Below, one piece after another: positions 34,915 through 46,689 of a stretch of DNA of 64,000 nt. The notes under the pieces were generated by a model. That model saw nothing but the letters and a program-made list of their open reading frames with translations, had not been told where the DNA came from and did not search any database. Where the stretch lies: positions 45,444,255-45,508,254 of the forward strand of contig NC_083406.1 of assembly GCF_020745735.1 (NCBI RefSeq), given 5' to 3'. Numbering within the stretch: the stretch's first letter is position 1; the number at the start of each line of letters is the position of its first letter. The position numbers and the translations under genes are program-made. The stretch comes from Hemiscyllium ocellatum. Lineage: Eukaryota.

Positions 34915-35520
34915 TCATTTTTAACGGATGACAGTGGCACTAGCAGACCAGCATTTATTGCTTAATTACTAAGTGCCCTTGAGAAGATGCTGGTGAACAG
35001 CTCTCTTGAACTGCAGCAGTCCAACTGGTGTGCATGTACCCACAATGATGTTAGGAAAGGAGTTCCAAGATGTTGACTCAGCCACAGTAAAAGGATAGTG
35101 AGATGTTTGCAAACCAGGATGGAGTGCTTGGAGAAATATTTGCGTGGCATTTCCATGCCTGCCTTTGACCATCAGGTCAGCAGAATTTGAAAGAAGGAGT
35201 TGAAACAGCCTTGACAAATTGTTGCAGCGCACCTTTTGACCAACACTGCTGTCACTATGCATCAGTATTGGAGATAGTGAAGGTGCTGGTTGAGGTTTTG
35301 ATAAAATGTGTTGCTTTATCCTGAATTGTGCTTAAGCTTCTTGAGTATTGTTGGAGTCTCACATATCAAGGTAAATGGTCTGTATTTCCTTGAAAATTGT
35401 GAATAGGCTTTGGGGAGTCAGGAAAAATGCTAGTCATGGCAAATTACCTGTTATTCTAGCCACAATATTTTTAATGAGTAGTCCAGTTAAATTTCTAGTG
35501 AATGATAGCATCCATGATGT
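34915..35520 (-). mobile_element. CR1-group (Zenon-like) LINE 3' fragment
   Basis: Same tail family as 690-1300 (gcatttattgc...gcccttgagaagatgctggtga...cttgaactgcagcagtcc). Confidence 0.7.
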
Positions 35521-35819
35521 TGGTAATTGCATTGAATTATCAATAATCCTTTTATTGGCCTAACTTTTCCTCTCTCTCTCTGAGTTACATCTCCACATAT
35601 CCGTTCATTCCTTCCCATCTCCTCCCACACCCACACATCACTCACTAACCCACCCCCTTCCCGAAATCATCAAGATGGTATCAGGTCTGAAGGAGGGTCA
35701 CTGGACTTGAAATGTTAACTTGTTTCTCAGTCCACAAATGTTACCAGACCAGAATTTCTCCAATAATTTGTATTTTTGATTTGGGTTTCCATCATCTTCA
35801 GTTATTTATTTTATTGTGG

Positions 35820-36360
35820 CTTCTAACATTGATGTCCACTGTCATAATTATGTACTTTAGCCAAAGCAAGGAAGGAACTTCACCCAAGCTTGGGATCCCT
35901 GGTAATCAACAGACTACTAGAGATCATTGCAAAGGATCAAGCAGCATCAAGACTGAGCACATTCTTGTTCTCATGGTTAACTTCACCAAGTTCATGCAGA
36001 CCATTCCCACTCGTGACAAAAGACTCCAACAGTAGTCAAACTGCTATTGCATGACTGATTTGTTTGTTTCAGTGTTCCATGTTGGTTTACACCGATTGGG
36101 ATGAAACTATGAGAGCAAGATCCAAGGCCTGTTGTATTGCAAAGAGCAACACCAACCATATGATAATGAACAATGCAAATGATGCAACTGTAGTCTACAC
36201 ATCTCTCACCTCTGCAATTTTTCTCCTGCAGCGAAACAAAAGTGGGTGGAATGCTTTTTGGGCCCATTTTACACTTTTAATGGAACGTCACATTCATTGA
36301 TGGATTGTTATCTATGCTATCTCTTCTTGGACAAGATTATCTCTTTGAATTTACCATGCC
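35820..36360 (-). pseudogene. Decayed Cys-rich (CxC-like) coding remnant, possibly the N-terminal domain of the KDZ-type transposase
   Basis: Minus strand: CRGERCVDYSCIICIVH..ALCNTTGLGSCSHSFIPIGVNQHG, FDYCWSLLSRVGM, then QAWVKFL...YDSGHQC, cut by a repeat at ~35815. Confidence 0.35.
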
Positions 36361-37409
36361 TTCTGATGGAGATGGTCAGGTCAATGAGTAGATAGTTGGA
36401 CATTACATAGGGCTAAACAGGCTTTTGTGATGGCACCCAAGAGAACTGAAAGTGAAATACTAAGAGGAAAGACCATCACAAGGCTAACAGGACTGAGCTT
36501 CCAATTGAAGCCAGGATGTCGTTCTCAAAAATCAGAATATTAAGGGTGGGAATAAAATACAAGATATGTGAGACCCTGAACACTACAGAGTCATTAAGTG
36601 GCTGGATACAGGTTACCATACTTATGTTATTGAATCAATAGCTGGGGAGCAGCCTACAAAAATGGTTCTCAGATGGAGGGGAGTTCTTAAGGGTAGAAGT
36701 CTCATAGGTGACATGGAGGCAAGCAGCGCACACAACAGTGTCACATAATTGGAATAAGTGGAGCATGATCTCTCAAGCAAACTGGAACCAGATAGTAATA
36801 CAGATTTCTATAGTGACCTGTGTGTTTTGAATCCATGGGACGTATCTAGTATGCGTAGATCTATTCCCTCCATGAAAAATTATGCAGCGAGGCAGAAACT
36901 GAAGCAATAAATACTCTCAATCATATGATTTCTGGAGCTCTGACTAACCTAGAAAATATGGGTGACCCTTCAGAGCTTGGATCCCTTGGAAGGGATTTCA
37001 GATAAGAAGCTGAGAAGCTTTTCCTAAACAAATGTGTCAATCAAATCAATCCTTACCATTTATCTAGATCAGTTGTTCATGGAAAGAGCACTACCATGAA
37101 TTTGAACTCCAATGTTTTAGTCATCATGGCACAATTGGATTGGTTAACCAAACATCTGCTTAGCACATGATCACTATAGTGAATATCCAACAACTGGAAA
37201 AAAGTGTCTGGGGGAAGGAAGCTGGAAGAACACAGCAAGCCAGGCAGCATCAGGAGGTGGAGAAGTTGACACTTCAGAAGGGAGCAGATGGACAAAAAAA
37301 TTAGTCACTCAATGTAACCAACTGGCATTGTGCCACGCACATTCTGTAAAATAGTTCTTTGTTTTTCTTTAATTTTCTTTCCTGTTTGTCATATGAGAAC
37401 TCTGGATCT

Positions 37410-37790
37410 GTACTAAATGGAGTTTAGAAGAATGAGGCAGGATCTCATTGAAACTTATTGAAAACTGAGAGGCTTATATTGAGTAGACATGGAGAAGATG
37501 TTTCCACTAGTAGGACAGACCGTGGCCTTACGGCACAGCCTCAGATTGAAGAGACAGGAGGGACTTCTTCAGTGAGAGGGTGATTAATTTGTGGAACACA
37601 TTGCTGCAGAAGGCTATAAAGGCCAAGTCATTAAATGTATTTAAGACAGAGATATATAGATTCTTGATTAATAAGCAGATCACAGGTTACAGGGAGAAGG
37701 CAGGAGAATAGGGTTGATAACCATGTCAGACCTGATTGAATGACAGAACAGAATGGTCAAATTTTGCTCCTATAGCTTATGGTCTTCTAG
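37410..37790 (+). mobile_element. CR1 LINE 3' end
   Basis: ggagtttagaagaatgagg..gatctcattgaaact...ttcttcagtgagagggtg...ttatggtctt tail. Confidence 0.8.
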
Positions 37791-38969
37791 TCTGTTTGTA
37801 ATTAACCATAGGCAATGGAACAAAGAATCACTGCTTTAGGATCTTTAGACCATCCATATGTTCAAAAGTATTAGAAAATATTTGGAAATTAATGGAAATA
37901 TGTCCTTGCTGAAGAGGGTCATGCCAATTTTGACAAAATTAGCTATCCCACAGGTTAAGCATGCAAAACCTATATAATGCAGGTCCACAAATCTCTATTG
38001 GCCAATGTTATTGAGTTCACCAATACCTGCTTGGAAGGAATGCCATCAGTGTAACCAGGAGCATCATCATTTTCATTGTTTTCTTGTTGAAACATTATCT
38101 GTGCATGCACAACTTCTCTAACAATACCTCAGAAGAGTTTTGCTCCTTGTACATTCTTGGTGGTTGTGATTTAAGCAGTTCTGGGGAAATATGTGGTGGA
38201 AGCAGTAGTAGTAAAACTGGTTCAGCATTCAGAAATGGTGTTTGATGTGTCTTCTTCCTCTTCCTTCTTCATGTTCCTCATAGTAATCGGAACCAAAAGA
38301 TTGCATAATGGAAATTTCCTTACTGTAGAAAGAGCTTTAGGTCCTGCAGATAAGTGTTTTTCACTAAATAGAATCTTTTCTGCCAAGGAAAGGCTGCAAC
38401 AACAGAGACAGGGATTATAACCTCTTTTACAAATTTATAGATGCTAGCATGAAACTTTACGGTTGCAATGTTTCCTTTCTTGGCTTATAGGATGACAGTC
38501 AAATATTGACCATAAATCACATCATTACAAAGTCAACTACCATTATTTCACAGTGTTAAATAGCTTTGGCATGATTGATTGCAAAATATGTCATATATCT
38601 ATCAAAGGTGTAACCATTCTTGATTTTAATGGTAACATGAGCTGCTTGAAAAATGTTTTAAAAGTATCATGATTATCCCATTGTTAGCTGAATGTTATAC
38701 GTTAAAGTAATGACTCATGTCTTCTGATCATAATGACATGTGTTTCTAGTAATTTCATGCTTTATATTTGTAGCAGAAAAAAAATGAATAAAGCTGCACA
38801 TGTAAAGATTTTTTCTAAACTTCCTTTTAATCCTGTGAAACAAGGTTTCCTCCATCTTTGATGCAGCATTTTTTCAAGGTTTTACATTCTCCACAGATTA
38901 ACAACATATTTACCATGATTAGCTGACCATTTTGTTCCTTAAGACATGGGAAAGGCATACAAGCATAGA

Positions 38970-39071
38970 GTTAAAAATCACACAACCCGGGTTATAGTCC
39001 AACAGGTTTATTTAGAAGCACTATCTTCCGAAGCACTGCTCCTTCATCCCAGTCCAACACCGGCTTCTCTA
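38970..39071. mobile_element. Short rearranged Penelope terminal fragment
   Basis: 14-bp TSD catacaagcataga (38956-38969 / 39072-39085); minus- then plus-oriented pieces of the 13060-13141 repeat family. Confidence 0.75.
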
Positions 39072-40034
39072 CATACAAGCATAGATGCATCATGATTGAC
39101 TGTATTTCATTTGTTCTCACTAGTAACTTCAAACTGCATTGAAAAAAAATATAGGAATGGACTGAATTTAATAGCCACATCCACCTGCCAGAAAACCCAG
39201 GCCAACCCTATGCTGATTACTTCTGGAATTCAATGGAAATCAGTCTATTAAGCAGCTGCCAATAGGGTTTTCATGCCTTCAGGTATCAAGAGACCACCAA
39301 CAGTTAATGACAAGTCAAAAGACTGGCACTTCTACTGTTCAAGCCACACCACCTGGAGCAGCATTCAGAAATTATTCCTAGATTGCAGGAAATTTGGTCT
39401 GTCTGGCAGAGCCAGCCATAGAGGGAGGGTGAGTCAGCAGAAGAGCTCTTCCAACAGTACACTGTCAATGGAGGCTAAGGATCTCATCAAATCAAGTGGT
39501 TTCCCCTTCCTAGGCTGACAGGAAGGCCCCTGCTTTTACTGCATTTCCCTGCTGGAGGTAAAATAGCAGTTGCAGTAGCATGAAATTAAAACAATGCTTG
39601 GTTAGTGCATCCCATTTGCAACAATATGTTCAGAAATGTTAAACAAGTATTACAGAATTCCAAAGCATATAAACATATGAAGAATGAGAGAAGCAAATTT
39701 CTAATGGCAAACAGTTTGAACAAATGGATAAGAACTGTAATAAGTGTGCAGAGAATGAAAATTAATTTAGCTGATTCTATGATCCTTCTGCTAGAGGACT
39801 TCTGAACAATATCAGAAATCATTTATTTTATTTGAAAAGTGTTAGACATACACAGGCATGAGACTACATTTCATACCAATGAGTTTAGAGATAGGAGGAT
39901 AGAAATGGCTGAATCAGTGCCTGAAAAGATGATGTAGAAGGAAAGGCTGTGTCTTCTTTGCCACTGGCATCGAGACCCTCTAAAAGTATGGATTCTTTAA
40001 CGGCTTCTGTGGTCTAATGTGGTTGAAGCTAGCC

Positions 40035-40660
40035 ATAGAGCTTAGAAGATAGAACAGTACAGCACAGGAACAGGACCTGCGGCTAACATATATTGTGCCA
40101 AACATGACACCAAATTAAACTAATCCCTTCTGCTTGCCCAAAGTCAATATCCCTCAATTCTTGTTTATTCATGTGACTATCTAAAAGCCCATTAAATACT
40201 CCTGTCATATCCATCTCTAGCACTATCCCAGCCAGCATGCTCCAGGCACTTACCAATCTCAGTGTAAAATACTCACGCCTCATATCTCCCTTGAACTTTC
40301 CCCCTTTTACTTTAAATCAATGCCATCTAGTATCAGACACCTTCTGATTTAATGAGAAGAATCTTATAGAATAATAAAGATATAGTTTATTGCATCTTGC
40401 AACTACTTATAGGTTATTATAATAAAGGGGTTCATCTTAGAAAATGTTGCTTTGCGATAGAGTCATAGAGTCGTACAGATGTACAGCATGGAAACAGACC
40501 CTTCATTCCAACACATCCATGCCAACCAGATATCCTAAATTAATCTAGTTCCATTTGCCCATTTCCCTCTAAACCCTTCCTATTCATAAACCCATTCAGA
40601 TACTTGTTAAATGTTGTAATTGTACCAGCCTCCAGCACCTCCTCTGGCAGCTCATTCCAT
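40035..40660 (-). mobile_element. Two CR1 3' end fragments (40035-40340 and 40455-40660)
   Basis: ORF 40083-40283 FTLRLVSAWSML; tails 'atagaacagtacagcacagg' and 'agagtcatagagtc...gtacagcatggaaacag'. Confidence 0.75.
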
Positions 40661-40759
40661 AGTTCTCCACAAAGCCAACATGATACTATGATTGTACATG
40701 GTATCATTGCACTCAATCAATTACTAATCCTTTCAGATTCTTCCAAACCCTTTTAAAAA

Positions 40760-41620
40760 ATTTAATTCATTCATGGGACGAGGGCATCACTGCTGGGGCA
40801 CCATTTATTGCCTGTCCACCACTTGTTTTGGAGAGGTGGTGGTGAGATGACTTCTTTAATCATTCCAATCTATTTGGTCAGTTAGGCCCACGATACCATG
40901 AGGGAGGAAGGTCTGGGATTTTGATCCAATGACACTGAAGCAATGGTGACATATTTCCAAGTCAGGATGCTGAGTGGTTTAGAGGAGAAATTGCAGATGG
41001 TAGTGCTCCTATATATCTGTAGTCATGGGATCAGAAGGTGCTGTCTAAGGAGTCTTGGTGAATTTCTGCAGTGCAGTTTCAGTGTGAAAGGATTGAATAT
41101 TTGTGGATGTGGCGACAATCATGCTGGTTGTTTTGTCATGGATGGTACCAAATGTCTTCAGTGTTATTTGAACTGCAATCACTCAGACAATTTAGGACTA
41201 TCTCATCATACTCCTGACTTGTGTTTATAGATAATGGACAGACTTTGGGAAGTCAGAAGATGGGTTCTCACCACAGTATTCCTGTCCTCTGACCTGATCT
41301 TGTAGCCATAGTATTTATATGGCTTGTCCAGTTTAGTTTCTGGTCCATCGTGATCCACAGGCTATTCATAGTGGAGGATTCATTGATGGTAATGCCATTG
41401 AAAGTCAAGAAGTGATGTTTAGATTTTCTCATATTGGGGATGGTCATTGCCCAGCACTTCTGGACAAATATCATCTACCACTTTTCAGTCAAAACTTGAG
41501 TATTGTCTAGGTCTTTGGACATAGACTGCTTTAGTATCTGACGAATGATAAATGGTGCTGTTTATTGTGCGGACATTAGCAAAGAGCTCCACTACTGACC
41601 TTATGATGGTGGGAAGGTCT
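40760..41620 (-). mobile_element. CR1-group (Zenon-like) LINE 3' fragment
   Basis: ORF 41268-41474 LTFNGITINESSTMNSLWITMDQKLNWTSHINTMATRSGQRTGILW (RT thumb); typical tail at 40760. Confidence 0.75.
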
Positions 41621-41689
41621 CCCACAAGCATTTTGTTTAATAGCTATTATTATTACGCATTTGTTTGTATAATAATTTTCTATCTTTTG

Positions 41690-42070
41690 TTCTTTCATGA
41701 GGAATGTGGTATAATGTACTTACAAGATCAGTATTTGTTGCCCGTCCCTCATTGTCCTTGGATTGACTGGCTTACTCGAGTATTTCAGAGGTAATGAGTG
41801 AACCACATTTCTGCAGATCTGGAATCACATGTGGGCCAGACCAGATAAGTGTGAATGATTTATTTCCCTAAGGAATATTAGTGATGCTGTCAAGTTTTTA
41901 TTAAGGTAATAGCTGGTAATTCTGTGACAAAATTATCAAGACAGGTTTATATTCCAGATTTATTAATCAAGTTTAAATTCCACCAGCTGCTGTAGTGGAT
42001 TTAGATCTGTGTTCTCAAACATTTGTCTGGCCTGCTATTCTCATGCAGTGACATTACCACCATGCCACCT
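41690..42070 (-). mobile_element. tRNA-headed SINE of the 20950-21302 family (old)
   Basis: 'gaaccacatttctgcagatctggaatcacatgtgggccagaccagataag...ccagatttatt...aaattccaccagctgc...gacattaccaccatgcc'. Confidence 0.6.
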
Positions 42071-43319
42071 CTTCATCTCCCCAGCTTCCGCTCTCCCCCA
42101 ACCAACATTCAAGTATTTAACTGGACATGTTTAGATGATCTGGAGGCTTAACTAATCAACCAAAATGTATCTCTTTGGACTTGGAAGAATGGTAATTTGT
42201 TGTTTAGAAGGTAATTACTTTGGACTGTCTTCCTAATAATGACGTTTTCTTCTAATGGAGAGAGCCTGTATTCTCCTTCATTTCTTTTGTGGAGGATCTT
42301 GTCTCTGCTGGAGCAGGCACCTTATCTTCACAGTACATCAAATCATTGGACATTGACTGTGAACTCTTCAATGGACTATGTTCACCACATTTTCCATTTT
42401 TCAGTGTTTTCAGCCTGCTTCTTCAACTTGTTGATTTGTTTGAATTTTCTTATTTGCCTTGGCAATTAATTATTGGTGAAATTAACTTGTTCTGTTTCTC
42501 AGTTGTGCTTTATGAAGATTCCTTTCTTTATTTGATTTCTTCTTTGAAAGATCCAGAAGTCAGATATTTTACTTGAATGTATCACTCTCTGGTAAACTCA
42601 GTATCAAAGGTGTGAATTGGACTTATCACATCAGTTGGTAACTGTGCTGTGTTGCAATGAGACTCATTTCAGATGCTTCAATTATTTTGAATAAGATATA
42701 CTGTGCCATTGCTAAATCCTTGTTTGTATTTCTTCACTAAGTTTGTACACACTTTGCTGATAACAATAGGAAACATTTCAATCAGTAGTCATGATTAAGC
42801 CTAAATAGTCATTGAGGCTCAGAGAACATTTTCAACGACCTTGATCAGGTTTATGTTTGAAGGATGCTCCCCCTTGTGGGGCAATCTGGAATTGCGGGAC
42901 ACTGCTTAAAAAGAAAAAAAATCCCCAATTGAGGTAGAAGTTAAAGATTCCCCAACTGAAGTAGAGAAGAGGAGTATTTATCTTGAGTATTGTTACACTT
43001 AAAAGAATTCTGTGTTCAAAGATCAGTATTGTTGAACATAATATTGAACAAGGCTGAGTTAGACAGATTTTTAATTGCAAGGGTTATGTGGGACAAGTGC
43101 ACAAATGGAGTTAAGAAAACAAACTATCAAAATTAACAATTGAAAAGTAGAGCAGGTTTGAGGGGCTGCTCCTGCGCCTTAAGATCAGAAAGGATTAGGA
43201 GGGAAATGGAGTGCACTGGAGAATCAAATAGGAAAGTGCAGAGTAGAGCCAGGCAAAGAGAGAATATGAGAAAGTGTAAAATAAAACATACGCAAATATT
43301 TGAAGAGTGGTTAATAAAG

Positions 43320-45400
43320 TTGGTGAGCTGGAGACTCAAATAGTCACATGTGAATATGTTGCTGTAATAATAAAGGAGTCTGATTCACAAAATGAAGGAC
43401 CAGGTACACAATATTCTTGGATATAAAGGTTTTGGCAAAGATAGGAAAAGCAAAAGATAAGAATGGCTTTACAGGTCAATGAGAATATAAAGTGCGACAC
43501 AGAGAGAAGAAAATGTCCTAGCTAGGTCAAGGTCAGATTCCATTTGGTTAAAAATAAGAAAAATTGAGCTGGTATTGCATGAATGTGTGTATTTATAGAT
43601 CGACGGAGGGACAGGAAGTGGGAGGCTGCAAAAGGACTTGGACTGCAAGGAGAGTGTGCAAAGCTGTGGCAGATGAAATATAATGCGGAAAAGTGTGAGG
43701 CTATGTACTTTGGCACAAAGAATAAAGGCATTGGCTACTTTCTAAATGGGGAAAAAGTTCAGAAATCTGAAACACAAAGGGACTTGGAAGTCCTAATTCA
43801 GAATTCTCTTTAGATGAACATGCAGGTTCATTTTGAGAGGACTAGAACACAACAGCAAGGATTAATGTCGAGGTTGTATAAGTTCTGGTCAGATTGAATT
43901 TGGAATATTGTGAGCAGTTTTCGGCTCTATATCTGGGAAAACTGCGCTTGCACTGGAGGGAGTCCAGAGGAAATTCACAAGAATGATCCTGGGATTAAAG
44001 GGCTTGTCATATGTGGAGTGGTTGAGGATGCTAGGTCCATACTCAATGCAGTTTAAAAGGATAGGGGGGAAATCTCACTGAAACTTACAGAACATTGAGA
44101 GGTCTAGGGTTGAGAAACACAGAGCCATGATTAAATGACAGGGCAGGCTCGATGCACCAAATGTTTTAATTCTGCTCCTATGTCTAATGGTCTTATGGTC
44201 TATCTGAAAGGTGATAAACTGGGAAAGAGGGAGACTTGGGTATCATTTTATACCAGTTGCTGAAAGTAAGCATGCAGGTGCAGTTGGTGCTAAAGAAGAA
44301 AATTGATATGTTGGCTTTCATAGCAAGAAGGTTTCAGCACAAGAGCAGGAGTGTCTCACTGCAATTGTACAGAGCCTTGGTGAGACCACACCTGGAGTAT
44401 TGCTGTCTGTTTTAGTCTCCTAATCTGAGGAAGGATGGAAGCTATGAGGGAGTGCAATAAAGGTTTACCAGACTGATTCCTGGGTTTGTATGACTGATAA
44501 ATGAGGTGCAACTGGAGTTTAGAAGAATAGGTGGCACGGTGGCTCAGTGGTTAGCACTGCCGCCTCACAGCGCCATGCACTTGGGTTCAATTTGAACCTT
44601 GATAGGTGATTATCTGTGTGAAGTTTGCACATTCTCCCCATGTCTGTGTGAGTTTCCTCTGTCAGATCCCAGGGATTTAGCCCTTTTTATGCATTTTAAG
44701 ATGTCCAACACCTCTGTAATATAGGCATTTTTCAAGATGTTGCTATTTATTTCCCTATGTACTATACCTTCCATGTCCTTTTCCACAGTAAACACTGATG
44801 CAAAATACTCACTTAGTATCTCCCCCATCTCCTGCATTTCCACACATCAATGGCCTTGCCGATATTTAAGAAGTCCTATTCTCTCCCTCATTACACTTTA
44901 GCCCTTAATGTGTTTGTAGAATCCCTTTGGATGCTCCTTAACCATATTTGCCAAAGCCATCTCATGTTTTCTTTTGTCCTCCTGATTCACCACTTAAGCA
45001 TACTCCTACTGCCTTTCCTCTTTTAATGATTCACTCGACTTCTGCTGTCTAAACCTGACATATGCTTTCTTCTTATTCTTGACCAAACCCTCAATTTCTC
45101 TAGCCATCTAGCATTCCCTATACCTACCAACCTTGCCCTTCACCCTGACAGGAACATATTGTCTCTGGATGCTTGTTACCTCATTACCTCTAACTGCTGC
45201 TTCAATTTATCCATGCAATCCAATAATATTTCCAACCAAACACACTTCCTACACACATGATCATCAGTAATATGGAAACTGTCCCTAGTCTCCCACGTCT
45301 AACAAGAAGAGCACATCACTCTACTAAAGATCATCTTTAGTACAACTGGATCTACAGATCCAACAAATAGCAGTTTACTGCTCTAAAAACACGACTCCAG
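43320..45400. mobile_element. Cluster of CR1 fragments in both orientations with a partial HE1 SINE (44530-44660)
   Basis: LWQMKYNAEKCEAMYFG (43583-43813, +); LVRPHLEYC-type DNA at 44370-44400; MGEILSEYFASVFT (44610-44843, -). Confidence 0.75.
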
Positions 45401-45732
45401 GCTAATCTAGTACCTTTTTTTTCATATATTTTAAAGTTTAATCAAGGGACAGATCTCAATACAACATGTAATTTAGAAAACCTACTCTATTCATTATCAT
45501 AGATTTACAAACTGCTATTTGCTAGAACTGTAGATTGTTAAGGTACACCAGATCCTGTCAGCCTGTTGCTCCCTGTGAGCTATGATCACAGCTCATGTTA
45601 TTACTGGACAAGACAGATACCAGACTAAAATCTGGCTCGATAGATCATATTTTGTTTCTTTAGTTTTTATAAGGTGACCTGTCATGAAACACAAGCATGT
45701 AATGCTGCTGATTTGGTTTCATCAATAAAACA

Positions 45733-46062
45733 GGGTGGCATGGTGGCTTAGTGGTTAGCACTACTGCCTCACAGCACGAGGGTCCCAGGTTTGATTCTAG
45801 CCTCGGGCATCTGTCTATGTGGAGTTTCCACATTCTCCCTGTGTCTGCGTGGATTTCGTCCGGGTGTTCCGGTTTCTTCTCACAGTCCAAAGATGTGTGG
45901 GTTAGGTGAATTGACCATGCCAAATTGCCCGTAGTATTAGGTACATTAGTCACAGGGAAATGAGTCTGGGTTGGTTACTCTTCAGAGTAGCAGCAGGGTG
46001 TGGACCTGTTGGGCCAAAGGTCCTGTTTCCACACTGTAGTGAATCTAATCTAATCTAATCTA
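45733..46062 (+). mobile_element. HE1-type tRNA SINE
   Basis: Standard head; (taatc)3 tail. Confidence 0.9.
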
Positions 46063-46689
46063 AAAAAAAACAGAAGCTCATTATGCATAAGGAATGATGA
46101 AGAATTAGAATAAACCAAACTTTACATACATGTTACGATTTTAAAGATTTTGAAATGCGTGTTTAAAAATAATCCCTTTAATCCTATCCAATCCCCACAC
46201 AGTAATGCCCCATTCCCAGGCATATTGAGTAAGTATGCTAGATCTTGTAATCCACCCATTCTCCAAGGGAAGCCATGGTGCTACTGAATGTTGATGATCT
46301 CCTCACCTAAATTATCACTTGTCCTTCAATACACCATTATCTTCCACCTTATATATAGAGTTCCGCCTTAACAATTGTAATCCCTTGTCTGGCCAACATG
46401 CTGGTTCCCAATCCTACAATTAAGCTTCCCAGATTCCCTCTTGCAGTACAAGTCTTTGATAAACTACCTTGAATTTCACTGAATGGTCCCCAGAACTGAC
46501 TGCAGTCTCCCCTATTGACTGACCCAGATCTCTGAGTGATTTCTGGACAGCTCCCTTCTGTCGATTTAATGCCACTGTACTCCAAAGTGCAGCACTACTG
46601 TACAGAGCCATACTATAAATGGATCAGAAATATGCTAAGATGGTCTGGTGAGGCTGTTATATGTCAGTTGTCAACATCTCTTGAAATGG

